A stretch of DNA of 64,000 bases, taken from assembly GCF_009914755.1 (NCBI RefSeq), contig NC_060936.1; one strand, given 5' to 3'. The DNA comes from the human T2T-CHM13v2.0 reference genome, Homo sapiens. Positions 41,270-55,225 of the stretch are shown piece by piece (position 1 is the first letter of the stretch; the number at the start of each line of letters is the position of its first letter). The translations under genes and the position numbers were made by a program. The notes beneath the pieces were generated by a model, which was given only the letters and a program-made list of their open reading frames with translations, was not told where the DNA came from and did no database searches.

Positions 41270-41965
41270 CTTTTTGCATTATTGTTGCAAAAAGGCATGC
41301 AACATAAAATTTATCCTCTCAACAGTTTCCAGGTGTACAATACAATATTGTCAACCACATGCACATTGTTGTGCAACAGACCCTCGTCCTGTCTCTCACA
41401 CTCCCTAAACAACAATTTCCTACTTGCCCCTCCCCCCAGCCCCTGGCCATTACCATTTTACCTTCTGTTTCTGTATTCTACTTATATACCTAGTAGGTGA
41501 AATCATGTGGTATTTGTCTTTTTTTGATGGCTTGTTTCACTTAGCATAATGTCCTTAGGGTTCATCCACTTTGTAGTATGTAACAAGATTTCCTTCTTTT
41601 TCGTTGCTGAATAGTATTCAATTGTACGTGTATGCCATATTTTCTGTATCCATTCTTTCATTGGTGGTCATTTAGGTTGTTTCTGACTCCTGGCTATTGT
41701 GAATAATGCTGCAATGAACATAAGTATGCAATTATCTCTTCTATTAGATATATACTCACAAGTTATATTGCTGGATTATATGGTAGTTCTATTTTTATTT
41801 TTTGAGAAATCTTCATACCATTTTCTGTAGTTGCTGCACCATTTTATATTTCCACCAGCAGTGCAAAAAGATTCCAGTTTTTCTACATCCTTGCCAATAT
41901 TTATTATTTTTTGTTTTTTTCTGACAGTGGTCACCCTAAGAAGTGTGAGGTGATATTTCATTTTG
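41270..41965 (-). mobile_element. L1MB-type 3' fragment
   Basis: Antisense L1 3'UTR and ORF2 end (ORF 41776-41961 MKYHLTLLRV). Confidence 0.65.
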
Positions 41966-42797
41966 ATATAGATCTTTTTAAATGGTGAATTTTACTAATG
42001 GATTTTGTGATTTGGACCATCTTAGCATTCCTGTAATAAATTCCACCAAGTCCTGATGTGTTATGATTCTTTGCTCTTCTTTTTATTCTGTTCTTTTAAA
42101 AAAATTTAATACTTTTTAAGTATAAGGTTTTCGTATCGGTATTCATAAGTGAGGTTTTCCTGTAGAGAGATAATGTGTGTATATGTGTGTGCAATCTTTA
42201 TCAGATTTTCATATTGATGTTATAACAGATACACAAAAGTTTTAAATGTACATACAGGCAAAAATTCAGGCTATTTGAAAGCCTTCTTGAAACTTGAATC
42301 TTTTGCTGCTTCTCTATCCCAATTTCACAGCTTTATTGCAGATCATAATCACTTCATACCTAGATTATTCAGTTAATCGTCTAACTGACTTGATTTCATC
42401 ATCTCACTTCTCTTTAATTCATCCTTAGGTGACATCATGGACAATCTAAAATGTACCTCCATTAATGTTTAGAAATATTTACACATTCTTTTCCCTCTAT
42501 CCCATATGTTAGTTTTTCATATTGTCTCTGAAAATTGTTGGTTTATTCATCATTCAAAACGTACTCTCTATACTTATGTTTTCTCTATAAATTATCACCA
42601 AACCTCTTTCCCTGGGGTTCATCACACTTAGCTGCCTACTACTTTTGTATCTTCTATGATGTCACATCTTATTTTGTGACTTAAACAAATGTATATCTTT
42701 CTCCATTACAAGGTTCTGAACACTTTGAGGGCTCTGACCATGTGTCTCTAATAACTATCACAGTGCCTTACATAAAGTAGTTACTCAATAAGTGTTT

Positions 42798-45700
42798 TTT
42801 TTTCAGTATTCTTTTTTTTTAATTTTTACCACAAGTTATTGGGGTAAAGGTGGTATTTCCTCACATGAGAAAGTTCTTTAGTGGTGATTTGTGAGACCGG
42901 TGCACCCATCACCCGAGCAGTATACACCGCACCATATTTGTAGTCTTTTATCCCACTTCCTCCTCCCACTCTTCCCCCCAAGTTCCCAAAGTCCATTGTA
43001 TCATACTTATGACTTTGCATCTTCATATCTTAGTTCCCTCATATCAGTGAGAACATACGGTTTGGTTTCCCATTCCTGAGTTATTTCACTTAGTCACTAC
43101 AAATGCTGTTAATTCCTTCCTTTTTATGGCTGCGTTTTTAATCTACCATATATATATATGTGATGTGTATATATATATGTGATATGTGTATATATCACAT
43201 ATATAGTGTATATATAACATATATGTGTATATATCCATATATGTATAGATCACATATATACATCTATATGTATATATACATATATACACATATACATATA
43301 TGTATGTGTGTACATATACACATAGATGTATATATGTATTTATGTGTATATGTATATGTGTGTACATATATACACACATATACACATACATATATGTATG
43401 TGTATATATGTATATAAGTATGTATATATGTGTATATATGTGTATATGTGTATATACATATATGTATGTGCATACACATGCATGTGTATGTGCATACACA
43501 TGCATGTGTATGTGTATACACATGCATGTGTATGTGTATACACGTATGTGTATGTGTATACACATGTATGTATGTCTATACACATGTATGTGTGTATGCA
43601 CATGTATGTGTATGTGTGTATACACGTGTGTATGTGTGTATGCACATGCATGTGTATGTGTGTGTACACATGCATGTGTATGTGTGTGTACACATGCATG
43701 TGTATGTGTGTACACATGCATGTGTATATGTGTATACACATGCATGTGTATGTGTGTACACGTATACAAATGTATATACACATACATGTCTATATGTATA
43801 TAGACATGTATACATACATATATATCTATGTATATATACATGTCATGTCTATATACATGTCTGTATATATACCTACCTGTATGTATATATACATGTATAT
43901 ATACCTACCTGTATGTATATATACATGTATATATACCGGTATGTATATATACATACATATATACCTGTATATATACCTGTATATATACCTGTATGTACAT
44001 ATACATACATCTATACATGTATATGTACATGTATATATACCTGTATGTATATGTACATGTATATATACCTGTATGTATATGTACATACATATATACATAT
44101 GTATATATACATGTATATATACCTATATGTATATGTACATACATATATACATATGTATATATACATGTATATATAACTGTATGTATATATACATACATAT
44201 ATATGTATATATACATGTTTATATACCTGTATTTATATATACATACATACATATGTATATATACCTGTATATATACCTGTATGTATATATACATACGTAT
44301 ATACATACGTATATATACATACGTATATGTATACATACGTATATACGTATGTATATATACATACAGGTATATATACGACGTATATACGTATGTACGTATA
44401 TACACGACATATACGAATATGCGTATATATACGACATATGTGTATATACGTATATACGTATATATGTATATACGTATATACATATATATGTATATATAGA
44501 TATGTGTATATATGTATACACATTTATATTTATGTATATATGTATGTATACATGTGTATATATGTATATATACGTATACGTGTATATATGTATATAGACG
44601 TGTACACATATGTGTATATACGTATGTATACATGTGTATATACGTATATGTATATATGTGTATACACGTATACATATGTGTGTATGTATATACATATACA
44701 CGTATATACACATATGTATATACACGTATATACATATATGCATATACGTGTATATACGTATATACATATGTGCATATACGTGTATATACGTGTATATACA
44801 TATATGCATATACGTGTATATGTATATATACATGTGTATATACGTGTATATGTATATATACATGTGTATATACGTGTATATGTGTATACACGTGCATATG
44901 TGTATGTGTAGATATGTGCATATACGTATATATGTAGATATGTGCATATACGTATATATGTATATATGTGCATATACACACGTGTATATATGTGCATATA
45001 CCCATGTGTATATATTTGCATATTCATATATGTTTATATTACACATATACGTGTATATATGTGTATACACATATACGTGTATATATGTGTACACACGTGT
45101 ATATATGTGTATACACATATACGTGTATATATGTGTATACACATATACGTGTATACACATATACATATGTATGTGTGTAGACATATACATATGTATACAT
45201 ACATTTGTATATATACATGTATACATTTATACATTTGTACACATACATATGTATACATGCGTGCATACATGTGTACACGTACATACGTATACATGCGTGC
45301 ATACATGTGTACGCGTACATATGTATACACATGTATAGATACGTATATATACATATGTATATACGCATGTATACAGTACATATGTATATATACCTGTATA
45401 CATGCGTATATACATATGTATGTATGCCTGTATACATGCGTATATACATATTTATGTATGCCTGTATACATGCGTATATACATATGTATATATACATGTA
45501 TACACGTATATATATATTTGTACGTAAATATACATAGATATATATATGCATGTGTATATATACGTGTATACATGTATATACACTTATATATATGCATATA
45601 TACATACATATATATGTATATTTACGTATATACACTTATACGTATATCCGTATGTGTATATGTATATATTAAATTATGTGCATATACCTATATATACGTG

Positions 45701-47546
45701 TATATACAGGTATGTGCATATACGTATATATACATGTATGTACACCTATGTGCATATACGTTTATATAAGTATATATACATGTATATACACATGTATATA
45801 CACGTATGTGTATATACGTGTATATATATATGTACATGTATATACGTATGTATACGTGTATATGTATATATGTACATACGTATATATGTATATACGTATG
45901 TATACGTGTATATGTATATATGTACATACGTATATATGTATATACGTATGTATACGTGTATATGTATATATGTACATACGTATATATGTATATACATGCA
46001 TATATGCGTATATGTATATACATGCATATATGTATATATGTATATGCATGCATATATGTATATGCATGCATATATGTATATATGTATATACGTATATACA
46101 TGCATATATGTTTATATGTATATACGTATATACATGCATATATGTATATACGTATATACAGGCATATATGTATATATGTATGAATATATGTATATGTGTA
46201 TATATGTCCTTCCATGTATATGTGTATATGTATATATGTATATATATATGTGTGTTTAGATATATACACACACATATTGTGTCTTCATCCACTCGTTGAT
46301 TGATGGGCATTTGGGTTTGTTGCATGATTTTGTAATTGTGAATTATGCTGCTGTAAACGTGTGTGAAAGTATCTTTTTTGAATTTTTTGAATAATGATTT
46401 CTTTTCCTCTGGGTGGATACCCATTAGTGGGACTGCTGGACCAAATGGTAGTTCTACTTTTAGTTCTTTAAGTAATTTCTATGCTGTTTTCCATAGTGGC
46501 TGTACTAGTTTACATTCCCACCAGCAATGTAGAAGTGTTCCCTGTTCACCACTCCCATGCCAACATCTACAGTTTTTTTATTTTTTGATATGGCCATTCT
46601 TGCAGGAGTAAGGTGGTATCACATTGTGGTTTTGATTTGCATTTCCCTGGTCATTAGTGATATTGAGCATTTTTTCATGTGTTTGCTGGCCATTGGTATA
46701 TCTTCTTTTGAGAATTGTCTATTCATGCCCTTAGCCCACTTTTTGATGAGATTGTTTGTTTTTTTCTTACTGAATTATTTGAGTTCCTTGTAAATTCTGG
46801 ATATAAGTCCTTTGTCAGATGTATAGATTGTGAAGATTTTCTCCCACTTTGTGGGTTGTCTGTTTACTTTTCTGACTGTTCCTTTTGCCGTGCAAAAGCT
46901 CTTTAGTTTAATTAGGTCCCAGCTATATATTTGTTTCTGTTGCATGTGCTTTTGTGTTCTTGGTCATGAAATCCTTGCCTAAGCCAATGTCTAGAAGGGT
47001 TTTTCCCATGCTATCTTCTAGAATTTTTATAATTTCAAGTCTTAGGTTTAAGTCCTTAATCAATCTTGAGTTGATTTTTTGTCTAAGGTAAGAGATGAGG
47101 ATCGTTTCATTCTCCTGTATGTGGCTAGCTAATTAGCCCAGCACCATTTGTTGAAAAGGGTTTCTTTTCCCCACTTTATGTTTCGTTTCCTTCGTTGAAG
47201 ATCAGTTGGCTGTAAATATTTGGGTTTATTTCCGGGTTCTCTATTCTGTTCCATTGGTCTATGTGCCTATTTTTATACCAGTACCATGCACATCCCATGC
47301 TCATGGATGGGTAGAATCAATATTTTGAAAATGACCATACTGCCAAAAGCAATCTACGAATTCAATGCAATTCCCATGAAAATACCACCATCATTCTTCA
47401 CAGAACTAGAAAAAACAATTCTAAAATCTATATGGAACCGAAAAAGAGCCCACATAGCCAAAGCAAGACTAAGCAAAGATAACAAATCTGGACACATCAC
47501 ACTACCTGATTTCAAACTATACCATAAGGCCATGGTCACCAAAACG
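42798..47546 (-). mobile_element. 5'-truncated, 5'-inverted L1PB
   Basis: Poly(T) and L1PB 3'UTR at 42798-43140; ORF2 end at 46278-47289 on the - strand; inverted piece 47290-47545 on the + strand; TSD AGTGTTT (42791-42797 and 47547-47553). Confidence 0.85.
43148..46277. repeat. ~3.1 kb compound (TA/TG/CA)n alternating purine-pyrimidine repeat
   Basis: Near-continuous RY alternation with higher-order units, e.g. three perfect 50-mers at 45841-45990. Confidence 0.98.
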
Positions 47547-48598
47547 AGTGTTTAATTGTACTTATTTTCATTTGCATGCCCTTTGCTGTACTGTTAAAGG
47601 TGAGAACATTCATTCAGTGGACAAATTTCTTCCCTTCTGATCATGGTGGATTTATAGTACTTATGGACTGAATGAACCTTATTGGGGTGAAATGCCCTTA
47701 AATTATGTTGTTAGTAGTGATATTCTACCCTTCACTTTTGTGCACTCTACTTTCATTGTCAGGGAGAAACCTGCTTTTCGGGGGTATAAATTTCCTTCTA
47801 GAATGATGAAATAAGGGTATCAGAGTTCAGCTAAGTTCTCTCTGCCTCTCAGCTGACTGAAGCTAGATTCTGTTACAGAGAGCATCAGTCCTGGCCTGAG
47901 GTACTCATGGTTTATTGCATATAGTAGGGCATGTGATCTGGTATGTGTTGTTTCATGTTCTGCAGCCTTTTGCTTCTCTTGATAGCAGACCCATTTTCAT
48001 AAACAAGGGAACAGGAGTGGTTGAAGCTACGGTTGCTCTTTATCATTTATACATAGTAGGGATTCATGACCTACATCTCAATCCCATTTTAAAACTTTAC
48101 TTGCAATTGTAAAATAACAATATTAAGCAGATAATGAAAATGTATCAAACTGGATGCTTTGAATAGGTTTTATTCGCATCTTTTGATTGCACAGTAAACT
48201 TTCATTTACTAGATTGGCAAATGTCTGATGCCTTAGGACTTAATAACTTGGTTTTCTCTTCCTTCCCTCAGGTTAACACTTTAAATTATTAGTTCATAAA
48301 ATATAATGCATATGTTGGAAAAATCAATCCAACTTTCTCTATTCTGTTTTCTTCACTTACGTTATATACCCTTATTTCATTTCTAGCTACAAATCTTTTA
48401 AGGGTAAAATAAACCCAGAAATCCTGTCAGAATTGTAAGGTGCCAAGTATCCACAATTTTAACTAATTTTGGTACATTTTAAAGTGTTTTGTGTTGTTAG
48501 CTAAATTTGTTTTACCAGCAGATATCTTCTGCCTGGCATATGTATGTTGTAGATTATTCATAAATACCATTATTCATGTATTAAACCTTTATTTTCAG

Positions 48599-48681
48599 CT
48601 CTTGATTCTGCACAGAGTAGTCGGTCTACTAGTTACTCTCCAAGACCAACAGACAGCTGTTTCAGTTCTAGTTCAGATTTG
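48599..48681 (+). CDS. REDIC1: REDIC1 coding exon (83 nt, Ser-rich)
   Basis: Acceptor cctttattttcAG; (S)LDSAQSSRSTSYSPRPTDSCFSSSSDL; donor GTAAGT at 48682. Confidence 0.92.
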
Positions 48682-49030
48682 GTAAGTGATGCTTGTTTCA
48701 CTTATTAATACATGCTATATTAATAATTATTTGTTTTTCTCATAGTTTACCTTTACCCTATAAAACTGTTGAGTCAATTAAATAGTGGAAGTAAAAATTA
48801 ATATAAACAAAAAGGTAAAAAATTTTAAAAAGTACATTTAAAAATGTAGAAAAGAAAAATGTAAATAAAAATGTCCATGAGTACCATTTTTCACATTTGT
48901 AAAAATGCATTTATTGCCATTTACAAAACACCTTTTATCCTTTTATCAAGATACCTTATATACATACATATATATACATATATATGTTATATATATACAC
49001 ACATACACACACACACACATTATGTGTGTA

Positions 49031-50890
49031 CAGTTTGTCATTGAACAATGCAGGGGTTAGGGATGCTGCCCAGTCAGAAATCTGAATAAAAGGTTTGACT
49101 CCGCCAAACTTAACTACTAATAGCCTACTGTTGCCAGAATCCTTACTGATAACATAAACAGTTGATTAACACATATTTTGTATGTTGTATATATTATATA
49201 CTATATTTATACAATAAAGTAAGCTAAAGAAAAGAAAACGTTACTAAGGAAATCTTAAGGAAGAAAAGATATATTTACTATTCATTAAGTAGGAATAGAT
49301 CATCATAAATCATCATAATCCTCATCATCTTCATGTTGAGTAGGCTGAGGAGGAGAAGGGAGAGGCAGAGTTGGTCTTGCTGTTTCATTGGTAGCATAGG
49401 CAGAAGAGGTGGAGGAAGTAGAATGGTGGGCAGGAGAGGCAGGCACACTTGGTGTAACTTATGGAAATACATCGTTATTTCTGTCTGACTTTTGATTTTT
49501 CGTTTCTCTAAAAATGTTTTAATATGGTACCAATTCTTCTTCTACTGTTTACTTTAGCTTCAGAGCCTGTATCATAGAAAGGTCTATGTCGTAAAGAAAT
49601 CAAAAGAGGTCTTGAGTAATCAACACTTCTGCCAGATTGTCTAAAGTCAGATTTTTCTGGCACTGCTTCTTTTATGTCTTCTTGCTTGTTGTCTGTAACT
49701 GGTTGTTAAGTACTCATCTCCATCAAGTCGTCTTCTGTTAATTCCCCTGGAGTGGTATATATTAGCTCTTTAATTTTTCTAACCTCCATATCTTGAAACC
49801 CGTCACCTTTCACCTTTTTTTTTTGCCATATCCACAGTCTCTTTCATGATTTTCTTGATTAGCTCTTGTAAATCCTATGAAGTCATGTTTAACATCTACA
49901 ACAGTTTTCTTCTGAAGGGATTTCTTTTCCGAGTCTTGATGATGTTCATGGCTTTTTCTATAACAGTAATGGCATGTTCAATGGTATAATCCTTCCAGAA
50001 TTTTATGATGTTCTCTCTCTTGGGTTCTCTCCCATCGCATTGACCATCCTTTCCATAGAGCACAATGTATAATGAACCTTAAAGGTCACTGTGACTCCCT
50101 AATCTAGAGGCTGAATTAGAGATGTTGTGCTTCAAAACATGTAAACTATTTTGATGCCTTCGGTGTTGAACTGATGGGATTCTGGGTGGCCAGGGGCATT
50201 AGCAATATCAAAATAACTTTAAAAGGCAGTCCCTTACTGGCAAAGCACTTACTGACTCTAGGGGCAAAGCACTGATGGAATCAACTCAGAAAAAGAATTT
50301 TTGTTTTCCAGGCTTTCTTATTGTATTACCAAGAAACTGGCAATTGGTGTTTATCCTTCCCTTCAAAACTTGAGGGTGAGCAGCTTTATAAATAAGGGCA
50401 ATCTTGGTCATAAACCTGACTGCATTTGCACAAAACAGTAAAGTTAGCCTATCCCATCCTGCCTTAAATCCTGGTGCTTGCTTCCCTTCCTAATAAATAT
50501 CCTATGTGACATTTTTTTTTTCCTGGAATAGGGCACTTTTGTCTCCATTAAAAACTTGTTTAGGCAGATATCCTTTTTCTTCAGTGATTTTCTTTAAAGG
50601 CATCTGGGAATGTGTCTGCTGCTTCTTGGTCTGCAGAAGCTGCTTCCCCTATTACCTTGATATTTTTTAAGCCAAAGCTGTTTCTAAAATTATCAAACCA
50701 TGCTTTGCTGGCATTAAATTCTCCAGCATTAGATCCTTCAGCTTCCTTTTGCTTTAAGTTGTCATATAATGGCTTCACTTTTTCTCAAATCACATTAGCA
50801 TCTAACGGTATGCCTTTGTCATAGCAATCCTGCACCCACATAAAAGCTACATTTTTAATACAACATAAAAAGGTATTTCACAAAAGTACA
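49031..50890 (-). mobile_element. Tigger2 DNA transposon, one end truncated
   Basis: TA|CAGTTTGTCATTGAACAA terminal repeat with MER8/Tigger2-type end; pogo transposase remnant GEFNASKAWFDNFRNSFGLKNIKVIGEAASADQEAA (50581-50778). Confidence 0.8.
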
Positions 50891-51187
50891 TTTTCCTTCA
50901 CAAGTTTCCTTTTCTTTCTTTTTTAAAAGAACTGTACGTAGATTTAGCTTTTGCTTGTGTATATGTAAACTCATGCAAATGAGGCCTTAGAAAGGAAGAG
51001 ATGACTGTCCTTTAATAGCATGTTCTCAGCACTATATTACAGTGTTCTTTGTTAACTAGTTCCATTCCCTGAAAGAAAAGAGCAAATAATGCATTTCTAA
51101 AGGATCCTGCTTATAATTACATTTTAAATGTGTATGCATAAACACATTATAATAAGTATTTATGAACAAAGGTAAGAAATAGCACTT

Positions 51188-51473
<286 letters not shown>

Positions 51474-51589
51474 TCACCAATAACATGTTATCAACACTAG
51501 ATTACAAGTTTGTCTATTTGTTAAACAGTTCAATTCTCTGAAAGAGTATAACTCAAATTGCATCACTAAAGAAGCATGTTTAGATTTAC

Positions 51590-51790
51590 CTTTTATTTTT
51601 TATTGATGTATAATATTTGTACGTATTTAATTGGGTATATATGATGTTTTGTTACATGACTCAAATGTGTAATGATCAAGCCAGAATATTTAGGATATCC
51701 ATCCCCTTGAGTATTTATTTCTCTGTGTTCGGACCATTTTAAGACGTATCTACTAGCTATTTTGAAATATACATTTTTCAGTGTCAATCA
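51590..51790 (-). mobile_element. L1MA 3' end fragment
   Basis: Poly(T) followed by antisense L1MA 3'UTR motif. Confidence 0.6.
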
Positions 51791-52629
51791 GCTAAAGCCT
51801 ATACCCCTTTTTATATTTAGTTTTTTATATTAACTTTGTATTTTTAACTTGAATAATCAATACTTTATATAAGATTTTCATTAAAAGAATATTTTCATTA
51901 ATTCAGTAATTAAAAGAAATTTTTCAAGAAGTTTGAAAAATTTATGCTTAGAAAATTGAAATCTAGACCTATTAAAAAGTTCTTAAAAAAAGTTCTTAAA
52001 GGTTGTCTTTTTATATAACAGTTGAGATATGTATTGCTTATGTATTGCTACTTAACTTTTCTTTGTCTATTTAATTTCCTATTACCTGATGCTCTTCTTA
52101 AGTTATGTTATCTTCTTAAGATTATATATATATATATTTCATTGGACTGGGCCCATAAAAAGCATACAAGTAGTTATTTTTTACTTAATGAATCAATAAA
52201 TAATTGAACAGGTTATATGTTAGCTGTTTCTTTCGAAGGTACTTCTTCTAGTCTACTCTTTTTAAGTGGAGGAAGTATGCTGCATATCATTTCTTCTGTT
52301 GAAAGGGTAGAGAGATGATAGAGCCTGTGATTATAGGGACTAATAAAAGACAAAATTTCTCGTCTCCTTTTTACCTCTTTTGCATTTTTATTACAAAGAT
52401 TATTATTGTTACTGCTATTTTAGAATTCATAGCCTCCTGGGAGGTATAGCAGATTATTGGTTGAAGACTCTTTGATGATATACCTGCTTTGATTTGTAAC
52501 TTGCCAAACTCTCTTCTGTATTTAGAAATTTTCTATAGTTGGGATTTTAAGAATATATTCTTTGAAGTGATTGAATGCATTTTTAAAATGTAAGCATGGT
52601 TTAGAGCAAAATTATTAATTTCTTTTTAG

Positions 52630-53094
52630 CCATCTGAAGATGAAGATCAAATATCACAGCAAATTGAAGATTCAAATAGGATGACCATCAAAACCAAGGA
52701 AAAAATGAATAATTTTTATGTAGAAAGGATGGCAAAACTTTCAGGTGACAGGATTGTTAAAAACGATGACAAAATTCACAAACAGAATGAGAATTTCTAC
52801 CAGTTCTCAGTGAAAAATAATACAGATCAGTTTCCACAGTTGCAGTGCAATTCAGCCCACATTTTGCAAAACAAAACCAATGATAACTGCGTTCTGCAGG
52901 CTGCAAGGTGTGATGCAGGGATACAAACAGAGAGTGAATCTGTAATGGAGGAAAAATTAGATGTTGCCATACAGTGTGATCTAATTTCAAAATGTACATG
53001 TAGAAGTGATGTTTCTCTTTGCAACCTTGAAAGGTGCAGTGGAAATATTAAGGCAGATACCACTGGAGGGCAGGAAATCCATAAGAACAACTAA
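52630..53094 (+). CDS. REDIC1: REDIC1 terminal coding exon
   Basis: Acceptor ttctttttAG; PSEDEDQISQQIEDSNRMTIKTKEK...DTTGGQEIHKNN then TAA; includes ORF 52681-53094. Confidence 0.93.
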   Translation, partial: PSEDEDQISQQIEDSNRMTIKTKEKMNNFYVERMAKLSGDRIVKNDDKIHKQNENFYQFSVKNNTDQFPQLQCNSAHILQNKTNDNCVLQAARCDAGIQTESESVMEEKLDVAIQCDLISKCTCRSDVSLCNLERCSGNIKADTTGGQEIHKNN

Positions 53095-53947
53095 TATTCT
53101 AAAATCTCTACCTAGGATGTAGAATTTCACTTGCCCTTAGAAAACAACAGTAAATGTTGAAAATTTCATTAACATGATAAGAAATGAGAAAAAGTAGCTA
53201 AGCATAAGCTGACAGTGTTCAGGGTGTATATTCACGGTTCATGTTAAAACATTTTAATATTATTAATGTATGTATTTAATTTGTATATAGCCATTTCCTT
53301 AATAGCTTTGGTATATGGTAGAGTTTTTAGAAAATAATATATTTGTAAATGTACTAGCGTTTTTATGTGATTATTCAGTATATTACAATGATGCGCTGTT
53401 ATTTATGGGTTAAAATATGCTTAATTGCTTCCTTCCTTGTAGCATTTATTTTAATATTCTTTGCAGTTGCATTTTCTGGCAAAAATGTTCCCTTTCAAGA
53501 TATTTAAGATAGAAAATAATACCTAATATATTTTATGTCCTCATTATAATAATTTTGTTAGCTACTTCTCTTTAATATTACAGTCCTATTTAAAAATTCT
53601 AGCATTAATTTGTAGATAACACATATCTTCTATTTGCATAACATAGTTTTTTTGTTGGTGCTATTAATTCAAAGGAAAATGTTCTGTAGGATTAAAAGAT
53701 GTTTTAATGTTTTTATAAAATAATTGTTTGAAATTAAAAAATGATTTATGTTACTAATTTTAGTGTTGCTAAGATTCTTTTCATAAATATTATAACAAGA
53801 TTTCCTATTCTAAAATATAGGCTTTGTTTCTAAGACAACACTTATTTTGTATAAGGATTTTAAATGTTTGTACTCTAAAATTGACACTTGTTTTGATATA
53901 TTTCATGGTACACAGCAGAGGGCATTCTAGTATCTAACTGAACCCAA

Positions 53948-53953
53948 AATAAA
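53948..53953 (+). terminator. Candidate polyadenylation signal for REDIC1
   Basis: AATAAA ~850 nt after the stop codon in an AU-rich, repeat-free stretch, followed by GU/U-rich sequence; ATTAAA alternatives near 53691 and 53733. Confidence 0.5.
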
Positions 53954-54619
53954 ATTGTTAGAGGTTTCTTTGCCTTTAAAGAAAACAATGTTTTCATGTT
54001 ACATTTTTATACACAGATGTATCACTCAAGAGTCGGTGTTGCAGAGGTGATTTGGGGCATTGCAATTTGGAGACACCAACAGCTAAAGTTTAAATAGTAG
54101 CAATCTTCAGGTTTTTAGCTAGTTTTAGGAAGTGATTTTTGCTATCTTACAGAGCACAATAAGCTCCTAAGTATTTTCTTCCAGTTTAATGATCAACTCA
54201 TGGAAGGGGAATATAATTATCTGATATATGTATGTTGATAGTTTTTCAAAAGGCCAGATTTTATCCAGATACTAAATGAAAGGTATTCCACTGTGGATTG
54301 GTTATCCTGAGCATTATTTTGCAAAAATATTGCATACTATAGCAGTGAACACTGATACATAGAAAAAGAAGACTATAATGATGACAGTAGAATAAACTTG
54401 AGCTGTGAATTTTGGGTTGGTTTCAAATATCAAGTAAACTGATATTTTTCCAAATATGCATCAAAGTCTAGCAATATTGAAAGTACATTAATTATGAAAG
54501 TACACACCTAGTTCTGTTTTTATCAATATCATAATGTAGCAGTTAAGCTCTGTAAGATGAGGAATTTCAGGGCTTTAAAAAAATGCAGTGACCACTTACA
54601 GTGACAGCAGAGTAAAGTG

Positions 54620-55225
54620 TAGTGCAGTAAAGAATTTAATCTTGCCCCAAAAGCGGTATTGCCTTTACTCTTGGCTTCTGGGAGGTAACCTCCAAGCCCT
54701 TGGAATGTCATGGCTAGTGAGTGTCTTTATTTGCCTAGGAAGCTTGGCCCAATTTAGATAGTAACAATATGATTTAGGATGGAGACGTTGAGTAAAGCAA
54801 TAACAGCTTGCCTTCCTAAGGGATCAGAAACTGAGATTGGGTAGTCAGCCACACCGCTGTGATTGAGACCCAGTAAAGACTTTGAATACCAAGGCTCAGG
54901 TGAGCTTCCCTGGTTGGCAATACTTCATGTGAATTGTCAGTCATTGCCAGAAAAGTAATGCTGTCCATCACTCCATGAGAGAGGATGACTGAAAGCTCCC
55001 TGTTTATTACTTTCCTAGACTCTGTCCGATGTGTTTCTTCTCTTGGTTGATTTTAACTGGTATCCTTTTACTATAATAAACTATAACTGTGAATATAATA
55101 TCTTTCAGTGTGTTCCGTGAGTCCTTCTAACGAATTACCAAATCTGAGGGTGGTCTTGGAACTCACAGACTTGCTGTTGGTGTCAGAAGTAAAGGCAGTT
55201 TTATGGTCTATTCCCTAACTTCACA
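54620..55225. mobile_element. MER21-like solo LTR
   Basis: taaagaatttaatcttgccc...ctgggaggtaacctccaagcccttggaatgtc...ttggtgtcagaagt resembles the MER21 consensus. Confidence 0.65.

Noticed and set aside
43143-46424. Dozens of long Y/I/C/M/V/H/T-rich ORFs on both strands (up to 423 aa)
   Set aside because: Strict RY alternation cannot contain TAA, TAG or TGA, so open frames are an artefact of the repeat.
50581-50778. Domesticated TIGD/CENP-B-like gene
   Set aside because: Only a 65-aa stretch in a Tigger2 copy broken by stops and frameshifts.
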